From Patellaria atrata CBS 101060 (Eukaryota), in assembly GCA_010093705.1 (NCBI GenBank), contig MU006095.1, forward strand, positions 124,001 through 188,000: DNA of 64,000 bases, in the 5' to 3' direction. The first letter of the stretch is position 1. Each line of letters begins with the position of its first letter. Made by a program: the position numbers and the translations under genes. Below, piece by piece: positions 11,637 to 23,672 of the stretch. The notes beneath the pieces were generated by a model. It was given only the letters and a program-made list of their open reading frames with translations, made no database searches and was not told where the DNA came from.

Positions 11637-14091
11637 TCAAAAGAACTTCCCCGCCTTTCCGTCCCCGGCAACCTGCTCACGCCCGACAAAACTCTGATCA
11701 TCATCCCGATCCTGATGTGCAAAACTAACCGTATGCACCGGACGATCGAAAACATTGAACCTGCGTCCCCTCGTTCGAGAAAGGACGTACAATACCGCAA
11801 CACGCGTACCGAAAGCAGCAAATGCCCATAGGAGACCGCCAATAGGAGCGGCTACGAAAGCGCCTGGAGGAATGTTAATAGTGGTTAGGGGGTTGAGCCA
11901 AGGGGCGGGGGGAAACAAGATAGGGGACTTACCAAAGGCGCTCCAATCATTCGCGTATAACCCGCCCTCGAGGATGATAAGATTTCCTGCTTTTCTCGCA
12001 TCGCCGTCGAAGTACACGAGCCCGAACAGAAAGACCGTGAAGATACCCCCGAGGCCACCGACGACGACCTCGAAGCCGCGCCACCAGTAGAAGCGGTTCC
12101 ATAGGCCGAGGACTAGCACTGGTATTAATGCAGCGCTGACTAAGTCGCTGATGAGGTAGATCTGGAGGATATCCGGACTCTTCAGCGCCACGACGACTAC
12201 AGGGACAATAATCACCACAACCGCTGCTCTGATCCACCATAGGCCTAGCTTATTTCTGAAAATGTCGTTACTACCAGTGCTCACCATCGCCGACTGAAAG
12301 CTATCGAAAGCGGCAGTGCTCAAGCTGACAACCATACAAAGCACAATCCCCACAACCCACGCCGGCATCTGTCCCAACAGGAGAAAGAAAGAGAGATAGC
12401 CCGTATACGGATCCGTCTCCGGATTCCACGCGCCAGACCAAGTCGCCAACAACCCCGTGGTACCGACAAATGTCAAGATAATCGCAACAACCACGCACGC
12501 AATCGTAGTACCGATACGGAGATCAGCGTCTGTGCGGGAGGCAAAGGTGCGGAGCCAGAAGCCGGAGATGAAGAAGGCGTTTGTGAAGATGGCGACGGGG
12601 AAGATGTAGATGAGTTGCCAGCCGAGAAGGGAGGAATCCAGGAGTCCGGAGGGATCTACAAGACTTTTGTCGATTTTGGTCTCGACGCCCACGGTTATGA
12701 TTCCTACCATGATGAGAAGGAGGACCATTGCGGCTTGAATGTTGTCGGTCAGGAAGGAGACTTTGAAACCGCCAAGTGCTATACAACATAATCAGTATAT
12801 GCAGAGTCTACAGTTCGGGAATCGAGTTCATGGAACAAATGATTGTCGTAGTGTTACTCACAGGTATATATGGTAGTTACTACACCTTGAACTATAATCG
12901 CTGGAAGTCCATCGAGTCCGGTGAGGGCATTAATGATCTGCTGCATGGCAGACAGTTCGGCAACCATGTAAAGGAAAAGCGTAATCAACCTATCGCTGTG
13001 AGTATTATATTTAAGGGTTACTGGCCGGAGGCCGCATATCTCACGTACGTCATGATACTGAGATACAAAGCAGTCACCGCACCATATCTCTGCCGGGTCC
13101 ATTCAGTCAACACGAAACCCTCAGGACATCTCTTCCGAATCTTAGGTCCCAAGAACCCGAAGATCAAGAGTGGAAGAGCGGAGGAGAGCGCATAGATTAT
13201 GAGACCCTGTACACCCGCGATGGTAGCGATCTCTGGATAAGAAAAGAGTATTCCTGAACCAAGAGCTAATAGTGATTGAACTGAGTTAGCAATAGCCTGG
13301 ATATATAGGGGAAGGGGGAAGAGCGGCAGCACATTCCCCACGCAAGCATTATCTTGATCGAGTATTTACGGTTCTTCTCAGCTTCGTCTCTCACATGCAG
13401 ATTCTCTAGTCAGGCACAGATACAATGTGCAGCCTGAGCGAGAAATGTTCTGGAAGTGAGTGACTCGGCGCCCGTAGTGAAGCCGCGCAGTGGCATCTCC
13501 TTATTGTCATCAAACAAGACTAATGGACTTGTCGAGCCAGATAAGGAGAGCCGAACCTGCGGAATTTCTTTCATATACGAACCTCGATAACTGCTTAAGA
13601 TGCTTTCAACACCTCTGAAATTCTGTGCAAACGACCAGCTCTCAACCATCCTCAGGGAACCGATAAACATCGCGTCAGATAAAAGAAAGCGTGCTGCCGT
13701 CTCTCGTAATCTATCGTCCTATTACACTCACCCGACGCTATAAAGTTTAGGGCAAGCGGAATACCTAGTTCGAAGTCAGTTCAGTCATCGACGGTTACAG
13801 TATCGCAAGAACATCTTCATAAGATGGCAGAAGTAGTCGTGAGAGGTGTATGTTTGCAGATAATATGTTTCTAACCCTTCTGTGTGCCATTGCTCGAAAG
13901 CCATTCAGTCTTCGATTGACGTCGAAGACGCCATGCTATGTATAAACCAATAGCCCTGCAGTTAATTAGCTATGATCGGAACCCAGTAAACATATTAATC
14001 GTATATGCGGCGCTACTGCGTCAACCTACAAGAAGGCTCCATATGTCAAATAGATGATAGCGTTCGACGCGGCGAATGATGGAACACCCAT
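11637..14091 (-). CDS. Sodium:solute symporter-family transporter, NCU01977-like (putative thiamine or thiamine-precursor transporter); exons 14091-14030, 13955-13876, 13764-13732, 13265-13049, 12990-12862, 12778-11933, 11863-11637
   Basis: Spliced frame reads MGVPSFAASNAIIYLTYGAFL-AIGLYIAWRL...-GIPLALNFIAS-ALGSGILFSYPEIA...CPEGFVLTEWTRQRYG. All six introns are GT-AG and phase-consistent, and there are many TM segments. Confidence 0.9.
13329..13488 (-). promoter_or_regulatory. TPP (thiamine pyrophosphate) riboswitch aptamer in intron 3 (13731-13266) of the transporter
   Basis: Minus strand: P2 ACGG/CCGT, GCG, extended P3, conserved CTGAGA (13381-13376), CTC-GAT-CAAG-ATAATG-CTTG-CGT-GGG (P4/P5) and P1 GCGCG/TGTGC. 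Confidence 0.92.
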
Positions 14092-15571
14092 GTTCAGTAG
14101 AACTATGTACCGCACAATACTGCAGGAAAGTCTTGTAAGGTGCAATAGTTTCGTAGGAGATGCGGTTATGAATTGAAGTTTAAGGAAGTTTTTGCAAAGA
14201 AAAAAAAACTGATGAAAAGCGGGATGACTTCTTGGTTATACCACTAGTTAATAATGGTATTTCCTCCGTTCTACAGAGTGAGGTGGGGGTGAAAAGTGGC
14301 AAGAAGCTTTCTTAACTTAACATCTACAGCGAGAATATTCGCCGGAAATTGTATTTGATGCACCGGCATTGGGGAAATACAATGCGCTTAAATTGTATGG
14401 GTATAGATACGTGTAAGTTAGTGCCTATACTCTATAGTACTACTAGTTCTACGCTTACACCATAAATAGTTGAATACTTGGGAGACTTTGTCTAGAAGTT
14501 ATATACATCTGGATACGATCCGCAGTAGGTCTAATTTCCGTCTTCGTAAGGTCATTTCTTTCCAAAGACGATTCTTCTCATTCAAAATCAATTTCTTTAT
14601 AGTATGTTCTTCGACGAGCAAAGAAGCACCGGTGCATTCAGGCCAATACGGATGGGGTTGTGATGTAACCTCTGTAGAGAAGAGATACAGTGGAAGAGAA
14701 GAGGAGAATGGAAAAGGAAGGGAAAAAAAAGGATTATAAAGTATTTCTGAACCGATGTACAGTACATCCTGCGCTTCTGACTTACCATATGGCCCCATTC
14801 ATCGACGACGACTCCGAGACCGGTTGAAGATAAGACTCGTAACAACATCGTAGCGACTACGGAAAAGCATTTGCCATGTGGACTTCTGGTTTGAACATAT
14901 TTCGAGTTAAATAGTACTGGTCCTACTGTACCTGCAGCAAGCATACAGTGAACAAGGGGTAGGATACCTATATCTTCCCTGCAATACAGCGTTCGATTTT
15001 AGCAAACGAATAAAACTGCAAAAGACTCAAAGAGAAATACGTATTCCGGGCCTACTTCTATAGTCTGAGATTAGATACCATATCATAATGACTGACTACA
15101 AGGATGACCTCGTTCAGGAGGGAAGTAGCATAACAAGATGACCAACATATCTTCCCTTTCTCATCCATAACTCACGTGCAGCTTAACAGATCATACATCT
15201 GATAATATCGTTCAACGTCCATATATAATGTCGTAGTTAGAAAATACGCATTTTCCTTAGGATCTATATATTGACGTCATAGATTCTGTACTCACATTGA
15301 TCAGCAGAATCTTAAAACTTTTATGGATAACGGAGATATGAAAAATTCAAACGTACATTCTTCGCTGGACAAGTCACCCTGATTCACTGTATCATCCTAG
15401 TTGAACCGGGTTCTGAAATATCTATACAGCACGGTGACATCAAGTTAGCATCCGACTACCGTACGCCATTACATATACAGCCACGATATAACACCCAGGA
15501 ACCGCGTACCTGAACGAAAGAAGCCTGGGACCACTAGTCACCAACTCCAAACCTCCACACCACCATCAAGC

Positions 15572-16984
15572 ATGTCCACCTCGACCGGTCCAAACAACTC
15601 GGGCCTGAAATCCTTCCTCGCCTCCCTCTCAACGGTCAAAGGCAACCTAAGCAACATAACCGCCCCTCCCTTCCTCTTAGCACCGCACTCCACGACCTCG
15701 CTCCCCCAATACCAAGCGAATCGGCCCTCCCTCTTCGTCGCTCCGGCCCTCGAGCCCCGCACCGATAAACGGGCCCTGCTGGTGCTCAAGCGCTTCCTAG
15801 CGTCGCTCAGGGGCCAACAGTACGCGGGCAGCGACGAATCAGACGGTGTGAAAAAGCCGCTCAACGCTTTTCTCGGGGAGCTATTCCTCGGTTCGTTCGA
15901 GGAGGACGGAGTCGGGGAAATCGAATTGGTGGTAGAACAAGTATCCCACCATCCGCCGGTCACGGCGTGCTATCTCTATAACGCGAGACACGGTGTCTCG
16001 TCGCAAGGGTTTGCGGCGCAGGAAGTGTCATTTTCGGGGAGCGTGAGCGTTAAGCAGAGGGGGTATACGATCGTGCGGCTTGAGAGGTTTGAGGAGGATT
16101 ATTTGGTTCCGTTGCCGGATGTTAAGGTTAAGGGAGTTTTGGGCGGTGTTATGTATCCTGAGATCACGGGGGCGTATGCGATTGTGGGGTCGAGTGGTTT
16201 CGTGAGTGAGATTCAGTTTGGGGAGAAGGGGTTTTTAGGTGGGGGAGAGAGAAATGGGTTTGAGGCGAGGGTGTTTGCGGCGGAGAAGAGGGAGGATGTG
16301 TTGTTTACGGTAGAAGGGCGGTGGGATGAGAGATTTACTGTACGGGATGGAAGGACGGGGGAAACTATGGAGGTGTATGATACACGTACCGCTCTAACTA
16401 CGCAGATTCGTGTTGCAGATATCGCTGAGCAAGATCCATGGGAGTCAAGAAGGGCGTGGGGATGTGTGATTGATGCCATGAAGCGAAGTGATATGCAGGC
16501 TACTGCCAACGAGAAGTCGATACTAGAGAATGGTCAAAGAGAAATGCGAAACCAGGAGCAAGCGGAGAACAGACAGTGGAAACCAGTCTTTTTCAAGAAG
16601 GTCAGTAAGGACCGGATCTATGAGAAACTTGCGGGTATGGCAAAGACGAATATTACAGTTGACCGTGAGGGTGGGATATGGAAGGTCGATCTGGAGGCAA
16701 TTCTGAACGCAAGAAGACCTTTCCATGATGGTATGACACCAAGAAATCAAAGAAAAAGTAGCAACAACGAACAATCAAAGCTTGAAAGGAGTAAAAATTC
16801 AGAAACAGATTGTCAGAGTGTGATGTCAACATCAGATTTTGAGGAGACTCAAGACGAAGCTAAGGGAGATAACCCGAACCACAAAGAACAAAGAGAAGAG
16901 CAAAGCATGGACAAGATCAACCATGAGCGAGAACGAATCCAGATCGAGGAGTTCCTTAGGAACAAATATAGCTCCGCACATTGA
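15572..16984 (+). CDS. Oxysterol-binding protein, Kes1/Osh4-like short ORP; intronless
   Basis: TAPPFLL, KKPLNAFLGE, signature EQVSHHPP, ESRRAW and EKSILENGQR. Confidence 0.93.
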   Translation: MSTSTGPNNSGLKSFLASLSTVKGNLSNITAPPFLLAPHSTTSLPQYQANRPSLFVAPALEPRTDKRALLVLKRFLASLRGQQYAGSDESDGVKKPLNAFLGELFLGSFEEDGVGEIELVVEQVSHHPPVTACYLYNARHGVSSQGFAAQEVSFSGSVSVKQRGYTIVRLERFEEDYLVPLPDVKVKGVLGGVMYPEITGAYAIVGSSGFVSEIQFGEKGFLGGGERNGFEARVFAAEKREDVLFTVEGRWDERFTVRDGRTGETMEVYDTRTALTTQIRVADIAEQDPWESRRAWGCVIDAMKRSDMQATANEKSILENGQREMRNQEQAENRQWKPVFFKKVSKDRIYEKLAGMAKTNITVDREGGIWKVDLEAILNARRPFHDGMTPRNQRKSSNNEQSKLERSKNSETDCQSVMSTSDFEETQDEAKGDNPNHKEQREEQSMDKINHERERIQIEEFLRNKYSSAH

Positions 16985-17123
16985 CTCGACGACTGCGTCA
17001 ATACCCTGATTCCTGACGTGTCACAATCTGCACGCAAAGCAGAATATACAAACATGTCCAATTGGAAGCACTGACCCGTCCCCCGTGTAACAGAAGAGTC
17101 TTCCACGTCCGTGAGACGAAAGA

Positions 17124-17665
17124 CAGATCCCATTCGAGGCCCTCCGGGGATCAAGAGGGTACAGATACTTCCAACTATACCTAAAAGAAGACCTCGCAGA
17201 TTCGAACTTCGTCATTCGTAGCATCGGACCGAGCCGTCAGTATTCCGTTAGGAGATCGGAACTCTACTCGGGAAGTCTGACGGAGTCACTGACCCGAAGG
17301 AGGTACAGATATCGAGCTATTCCCAAAAAGAAGACCTTGCAGATTCAAAATTCATCGTTCGTCGCATCGGACCGATTCCGTCAGTCTCCCGTTAGGAGAT
17401 CGGAACTCTACTCGGGCCAGATCCCCCTTCGAGTAGTACAGAGACTTCGAGCTATTCCCCAAGGAGACCTTGCATTCCGAAATTCATCGTTCGTCGCATC
17501 GGATCGAGCCGCCAGTCTTCCGTCAGGAAATCGGGAAGCGTGACGGTACCCAGATCCCTTTCGACTGGCACTATCCCAAAAGAAGACCTTGCATTTCAAA
17601 ATCCATCGTTCGTCGCAGCGGGCAGAGCCCGTCTCCCATTGGAGAATCGAAGCCCACGCGGGAAA
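17124..17665. repeat. Degenerate tandem repeat, 4 units of ~120-145 bp
   Basis: Core GAAGACCTYGCA...TCRTCRTTCGTMGCATCGGA recurs near 17185, 17328, 17461 and 17579. GTTAGGAGATCGGAACTCTACTCGGG is exact in units 1 and 2. Confidence 0.85.
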
Positions 17666-19778
17666 GTGTCGCGGTATACTTGAAGATTCCGGGTTCACTG
17701 TTGAGCATTCGACATACGATACCGGTATGATATCTCCGCAACCTTTCACCTCGCTCTTCACTGAATACCTCTCTTTTGATCATATATGAGTCGCCATTAC
17801 GCTGTTTGTCTACAACGTCTTTTCTCGTTCTCATTCTCTTGTTATCGTGTTCGATACGACATGCCTGAAGCAAGGGACAGCCAAACCTCCCCTATCCTTG
17901 ACGCCTTCTCGTCCTATCCTTCTAACGTCGATCATAGTCGCTAGAATGGCTTTCCTCTGATATATTCCGTGCTGCTCCACCAGAAGTTCGTTTGAGAGCG
18001 GCGGTAGGTGGAGGTTGTTGTCCTCTTACAACCGGCAGTCGCACTGGTGTCTTACACTTCAAGACCTGTCTTAGTCGGGGATCCGAGATCTCGAGGTTAG
18101 ATATAGAATGTTCCGAAACAAATCAACTTCTAAAACAAAGAGAACTTCGCCGTACACGGAATCCAAATAACGTCGCCCCCGGATTTTGCAAAAGGAACAT
18201 TCTCTCGTCGAACCGTAGAACCGTCGAACTAAGTGCAAGCCTATACGTGAGAACACGATATATGCCCACAACTGACACTCCAAACGCGCAAAACTGACTC
18301 CAAATGCCTCTTAGCCCAAGAGATGAACGACGAGCTCCCCCAGCAATCCACCCATTCAACTCCTCTCGCCCTCTAGCTACCTAAACCCCGATCCGGTTAT
18401 TTTCTCGTATCGCAAAGAGTTGCATTTGTTGTTCATTCTGCAGCAAGAAACATCGTATCCCTCCCTCAGCGTCCAAGTTCTAATCATTCAGGTCGTAAGA
18501 TCTGCGCTAGATATAGAATAGGGATTCATAGGACTACGCCTTACTACTCTCCCGAAGGGTTGTTATACCTTAGTAAATATCCCTGATAGATTGAGAGCGC
18601 GAGATCTAAGTTTGACGTGTGTTCCAGGCGCGGATGAAGGGAGGTGTACACGGTAAGAGATGTAGTTAAGATAGATCCAGAATCTAAATGTGATAACTAT
18701 GCCACACCCGCCCAAGGATGGAGTCAAGGAGCATGGAGTTTGAAGATTGAGGATGTGGTGTGGATAGTCGCGGCACGGTGCTCCCCATCGGACATCCAGT
18801 ACCATTGCCTTCTGTTTTCTGTAGATTGGAATAACAATGCGTGGTGAAATTCATATAGTTGACTCGATAGCTTCTAATATCAAACACGTCAAAATAAAAA
18901 TGAGGATGTCGAGTGTTTCTACTAGCCACTTGGGAGTATCCGAGCTTCCTTAAATTTGTTTAGAAGATGAGGGCGACTCACACCACAACCTCACCACCCG
19001 ACGACACACAAGGCACCAGGGCTTGAATACACCACTTCATTCATGCACGCAGTATCTAGGCTAACTACACCATTTTCCCTCCGCCCTTTGAGGCATTCCA
19101 AGCTCTTGAGCAATGGAATAGATACTACGCCGTCGTTCGCACCACAGCACATCTTCCGATTAGCAACATCCACGAGTTGTTATTATCAACTCTCGTAGCT
19201 AAACTCGGGAACCCCATGAAAATTCGGAAAGCATTGAGCAATAAAGTAAGAGAGAAAGCAAGAAAGGGAAGACCACCAAACTAACAAGTATGATTCTGAA
19301 GCAGCAGTAGACATCCAACGGAGAGTCCACAGCCAGGAGGGAAAGGAAGATGTGATGCAAGAAAAACCCCACTCGCCCATTCACAGAACATCAATATTAG
19401 AGCACTGGAAAGGGATAAATGCAACCCACAACTCGAGTAAACCTTGGCTCAAGGAAGGGTAAACAGAAGAGCCCGTACAGCATGAGAGAAACCAAATGGA
19501 CCTAACCAGTGGATATTCGCAACCCAGCCGACATCAATGAGCTTACAACGCCGGATAATGCAAGAAACACAATCATGGGGATAGCAGAAAGCTAATAGTT
19601 GATAATTGGAGAAAAACAGAAGATATGATCCGAGAGACTCATGCCGTTGTTGTTAAGAGTCATAGTTTAGCATAGGAAGTCGCAGTGGTCCTGAACAAAG
19701 CCGATGCCGAAGAATAAGGAAGACATTGACCGAAAGCTACCGGATCATAGACACGATACCGAAGCTGTTTGGACGTGT

Positions 19779-22602
19779 TCAATCCTCGGTGAAAACGGTG
19801 CGAATAGTTCTACCGGATTTTAAGCCGTCCCCACCGGCCTTGAGACGATATTTGGCGACCGCAGCTGCGCGCCTCTGGCCCTTCACGCTCTTTACAACGC
19901 CATGCTTCATGCTCTGGGCTTTGCTCTTGACACTAGGGCTTATAGTCGGACGAGCGAGCTTCGAGCGTGTAGAACGAACCGGAGAATCAGCTAACAGGTC
20001 AACCCCTGGCTCGTCTTCTTCATCTCCATCCTCGTTTTTCTGGCGCTCCGGAGTTTGTCTGTCTGACGGAACATCCCAGATGAGAGGATCTGAGGTCTTC
20101 TCTTGAGGAGTCTTTGCTCCAAGTAGAGAACGACGAGATGTAATTCGTGCTTGTCGAGCTGTCTTAAGAAGATCTGTCTGATTCATGATTCCAGTAGCAA
20201 AACGACCCATAGAGTTTCGAGCACGGGAGGTTGCGGACTGACGACGAACGACGACACTAGAGGTACGGCGAATGGGGGCGATAACTCTGCGAGAACTGGT
20301 AGAAGGAAGTGAACGACGAGCGGCCCGGGCATCTCGAGTCTGCTTCTGGTTGTCCTCTTTGTCTAAAGATTTTGCTTTGGGCACCGTGACACTATCCGCA
20401 GAACCCTTCTTTGACTTTTGAACAGTGGTCTTCGCACCGGTAGCAGTTTTAATACGTTTATTACCTACCTCAGCATCCTTAGATGAACCTCCGCGGCCGA
20501 ATGCCTGTTGGAGTTTGCGTTTAGCACCTCCGAGAACAGCTTCAACGGCTTGCTTCGCTCGGAATGACTCCTTGTTGGGTCTTGGACCAAGGAAACCACG
20601 GCAAGATTGAGCTCCACAGCGACAGACCTGTACATTCTTATCGGAAAAGGGACTAGGATCGGTTAGTACGCGGACAAGGGAGAAATTACAAAGGAACTTG
20701 ACAGTATACAGGCGCCGAGAACAATATATATCAAGGTGAGGGGAATAATAATTATGGATGACTTACTCAAAGTTGTAATCGTATGTCAACTCCTCACCGG
20801 TCATGATACCCCGGTTGCCTGCGAAGAGGCCCATGCGAGGTTCACCATTGACAATCCACTTCTGCATTTCGCAGTTGGGTTCACAAGAATGGTTAACAAA
20901 GCGCGCCATAGAGCCAACCGTTCCATCGATGACGAAGCCTTTGTCGAGGGTCATCAAATAGTAGTGCTAAATGAACGTTAGCTATCAACCTACACTAGTA
21001 ATAATAACTAGAGAAACTGGTATCGCAAGCAAAGTGATATCAAGGCTTCTCCACATAATGGATATAAACTTACAGGGTTATTCTTATATTCAGTCCTCAT
21101 ACGCCTCTCACATTCCTCCATGGTAATGATCTCGCCACAATATTCTGTAACGATCTGTCCTGGAGCAAATGGACGCATGGCACGAATGCCATATCCGCGG
21201 TTTTCAGTTTCCATAACTTCGATACCCACACTGAAATTAGAAGGAAGATCCTTCTTGATCTTCTCCTCTGATCCTTCAATCTTAGAGGGCTTCACTCCGT
21301 GGTGCTTGTGTGGCCCGATACGGCGTTTGAGATTAGCGAATTGACGGTTAGTACAAAGTTCTGGTCCTACAGCACAATTACTCCTATCACACTCGTAGCT
21401 CATCGCGCGATTAATGCAACGTTCGTCACATCCATCTTCATTGACACAATGACAGAGGGATTGGGCTAGGCGACCAGCCTTCTTCCACTCATTTTGTGCT
21501 TCACCAACAAACCGGTCTATTAAAGTCAGCAGGAGAACATTATGAACGTAACAGATGAAGCGAAGAACTCACTTTTGGACATCTTCTTCCAGTCTGGTAC
21601 CTTCACCTTGTGAGGTTGAGGGTTGAATACATCGTACGGAAGCACAAAATTCTTGAATACATGTTCATAGTTGCCCTTGGTGTTGAGGAAGTCTCCCTTA
21701 GAAAACATAGGGAGGGGCAAAGTCCTGTTCACTTTAACCGTGGTTGATAATTTCGATGCACGTCGTGACTTGTTCCTTGCTTCAGTAAGGTTCGATTTGA
21801 AGTCTACCTCTTGTCCCAAGAATTGTCCTCTATCAACCCAACGTTTCTGCCTCTTTGGTGGGGGCGCAGGCTGGCATGCTTCCTCTTCGGCTTGTAAGGA
21901 CAGATCGAGCATTGAGAACCTCGCCTTCTTTGCTTTGTTGTCTCGCTTTTCCGGACTGCTCATATTGCTAGTGGATTCCCTGGCCCTAAGATTCGGTTTC
22001 TTATCCTTGAGTACGTTCGTAAGCCCTGACGCTACAAGTGTAACAGCATCGAATGCTTTGGTCAAGGTATCCAGGCGCGTAGACTTGCGCCTTAAGAGAC
22101 CCTGACTTTGACTTTGTTCGGCTTCATTTGCGGCGATCTCAGGTAGAGCGTTGAGAGACCAACTCATGTTCAGCACTTTTTCGCTATCCTTGAGTAGCTT
22201 TCCGTTATCATCATCATGGTCCCCGGCTGCTGTCTCCCCACCGACATTCTTGTCCTTCAAATACTTCACTGGTGTATGTTTCGCGTTACCGGTTAAAGCG
22301 GAAAGGTTGTACGTGGCGACTGAATGCCTCACGCGTGTAGAGCGACGTTCTATTGCCTTCTCATCTTTTGGCGCGTCAGAAGCGATACTGGCGCTCTCCT
22401 GGCTTGTCGGTGGAGTGGAACTCGTCGACGCGGGTACAGAATCGCGGGGTGTGCTGGCAGCGCTATCTTCCATGGTGTTGACGTTGATGTTAGAAAGCAC
22501 TGAGGAAACGGTAGAATCGGAGTCTGCGGAGTCAGAGGTGGGAAGGGTCGTGAGGTAACGTGTAATGGACTGTTGTCCGGGTCCCTGGCGAACCCGAGCC
22601 AT
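19779..22602 (-). CDS. ash1: ASH1-like histone H3K36 methyltransferase (AWS-SET-postSET); introns 21572-21517, 21073-20967, 20766-20653
   Basis: AWS CHC...C...CINR...EC...C...[30 protein letters not shown] and post-[13 protein letters not shown]. No WW or SRI domain as in Set2. Confidence 0.85.
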
Positions 22603-23672
22603 AGTGAGTTCTTTATTCCGTGCTTCCAGCAACACGATAAGGGTATATTTTGACGCGCTCGGCTAAGTATCGGTGGAATTCAAGAGTTATTCAAAGAAGA
22701 TAAAGACCAAATACGCAAGGTGCAGGAGGAAAAGTTGAAGAAAGGGTTTCCTGATGGTGGTGGGAACAACACAGTAACGTTAACGCCTACCCTTACCCTA
22801 ACGCCAGGTTGAATCCTCCTGATGAAAGGTAACGCGGAACGGCGAATGCGGCCCTCGTGGTTTAACACACTCCGTCCTCAAGAAGCAGAATCACGGTACA
22901 GGATGCAATTGAGAATTTGTGAAGGTTGCGAGGGGTGGGAGGAGGTTAGGTTTGCTCTGGACCGTCCAACGAGCTGGAAGGCGAGAACATTTATTAGAGC
23001 TATATGGGGTAAACAAAACTGCGGACCGCTGCACCAATAGGAATAGCGGCAATTATTGACAGCCACCATGCTTTCTAATTCGGCATCAAAATGTTATTCT
23101 AAGTTGGAGAAGAAGCTAAAGAGGGTATTTTATAGGGGTTCATACGGATCAAGGCGATTGTGGGCACATATACCTCCGTACTATCTATCTCTCTTTGTCA
23201 CGGTGGATATTTCTTATTTGGTGTCTGCTTTGCTATTACCCATTCATATCATTGTAAGATTCAAGCAGTTGATATAGCGGAGTATAACGTCTCCTTGATT
23301 ATATACACGCGGTAAAAGACAATACGCCGAGAAAGGAAAGATATTACAGAGACAAATCTTGATATTACCTCACCTATTTCCTCCCTGAGGTGTCTGTCCT
23401 GTCGAACCTAAACCTTACCCAAGGGGTATGCAGCGCTCCTCTTCCTAGACTTCCTTCTTCTCAAGTGAATCAACCTCAAGCCCCAAGTCCAGAGGAGCTT
23501 TCCATACAATTAGGTCACCCGACGTGATATGCAGTATTAAAAAATCGTGACGGCCATAAAATATGCAAGAAATAAAAAAGCGCTCAGCAAAAAGACACGC
23601 TACAAATGAGAGATGCAAGACTAAATTGAGCTTATTCCTTGTATCTGTAAAACGCTTTGCTAAAAGAGAGCA

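Noticed and set aside
9641..14091. Functional thiamine link between the mitochondrial carrier and the riboswitch-controlled transporter
   Set aside because: Carrier motifs are RIM2-type (pyrimidine nucleotides), not Tpc1 (TPP carrier). The adjacency is probably coincidental.
14470..14944. Short ORFs between the transporter and OSBP genes
   Set aside because: No recognisable family and no convincing gene model.
16982..17074. Stop-codon readthrough of the OSBP gene (TGA CTC)
   Set aside because: The context is not the TGA-CTA motif and the extension ends in WKH, which is not a PTS1.
17124..17665. CRISPR-like appearance of conserved cores separated by variable linkers
   Set aside because: Eukaryotic context, degenerate repeats, linkers partly homologous to each other and no cas genes.
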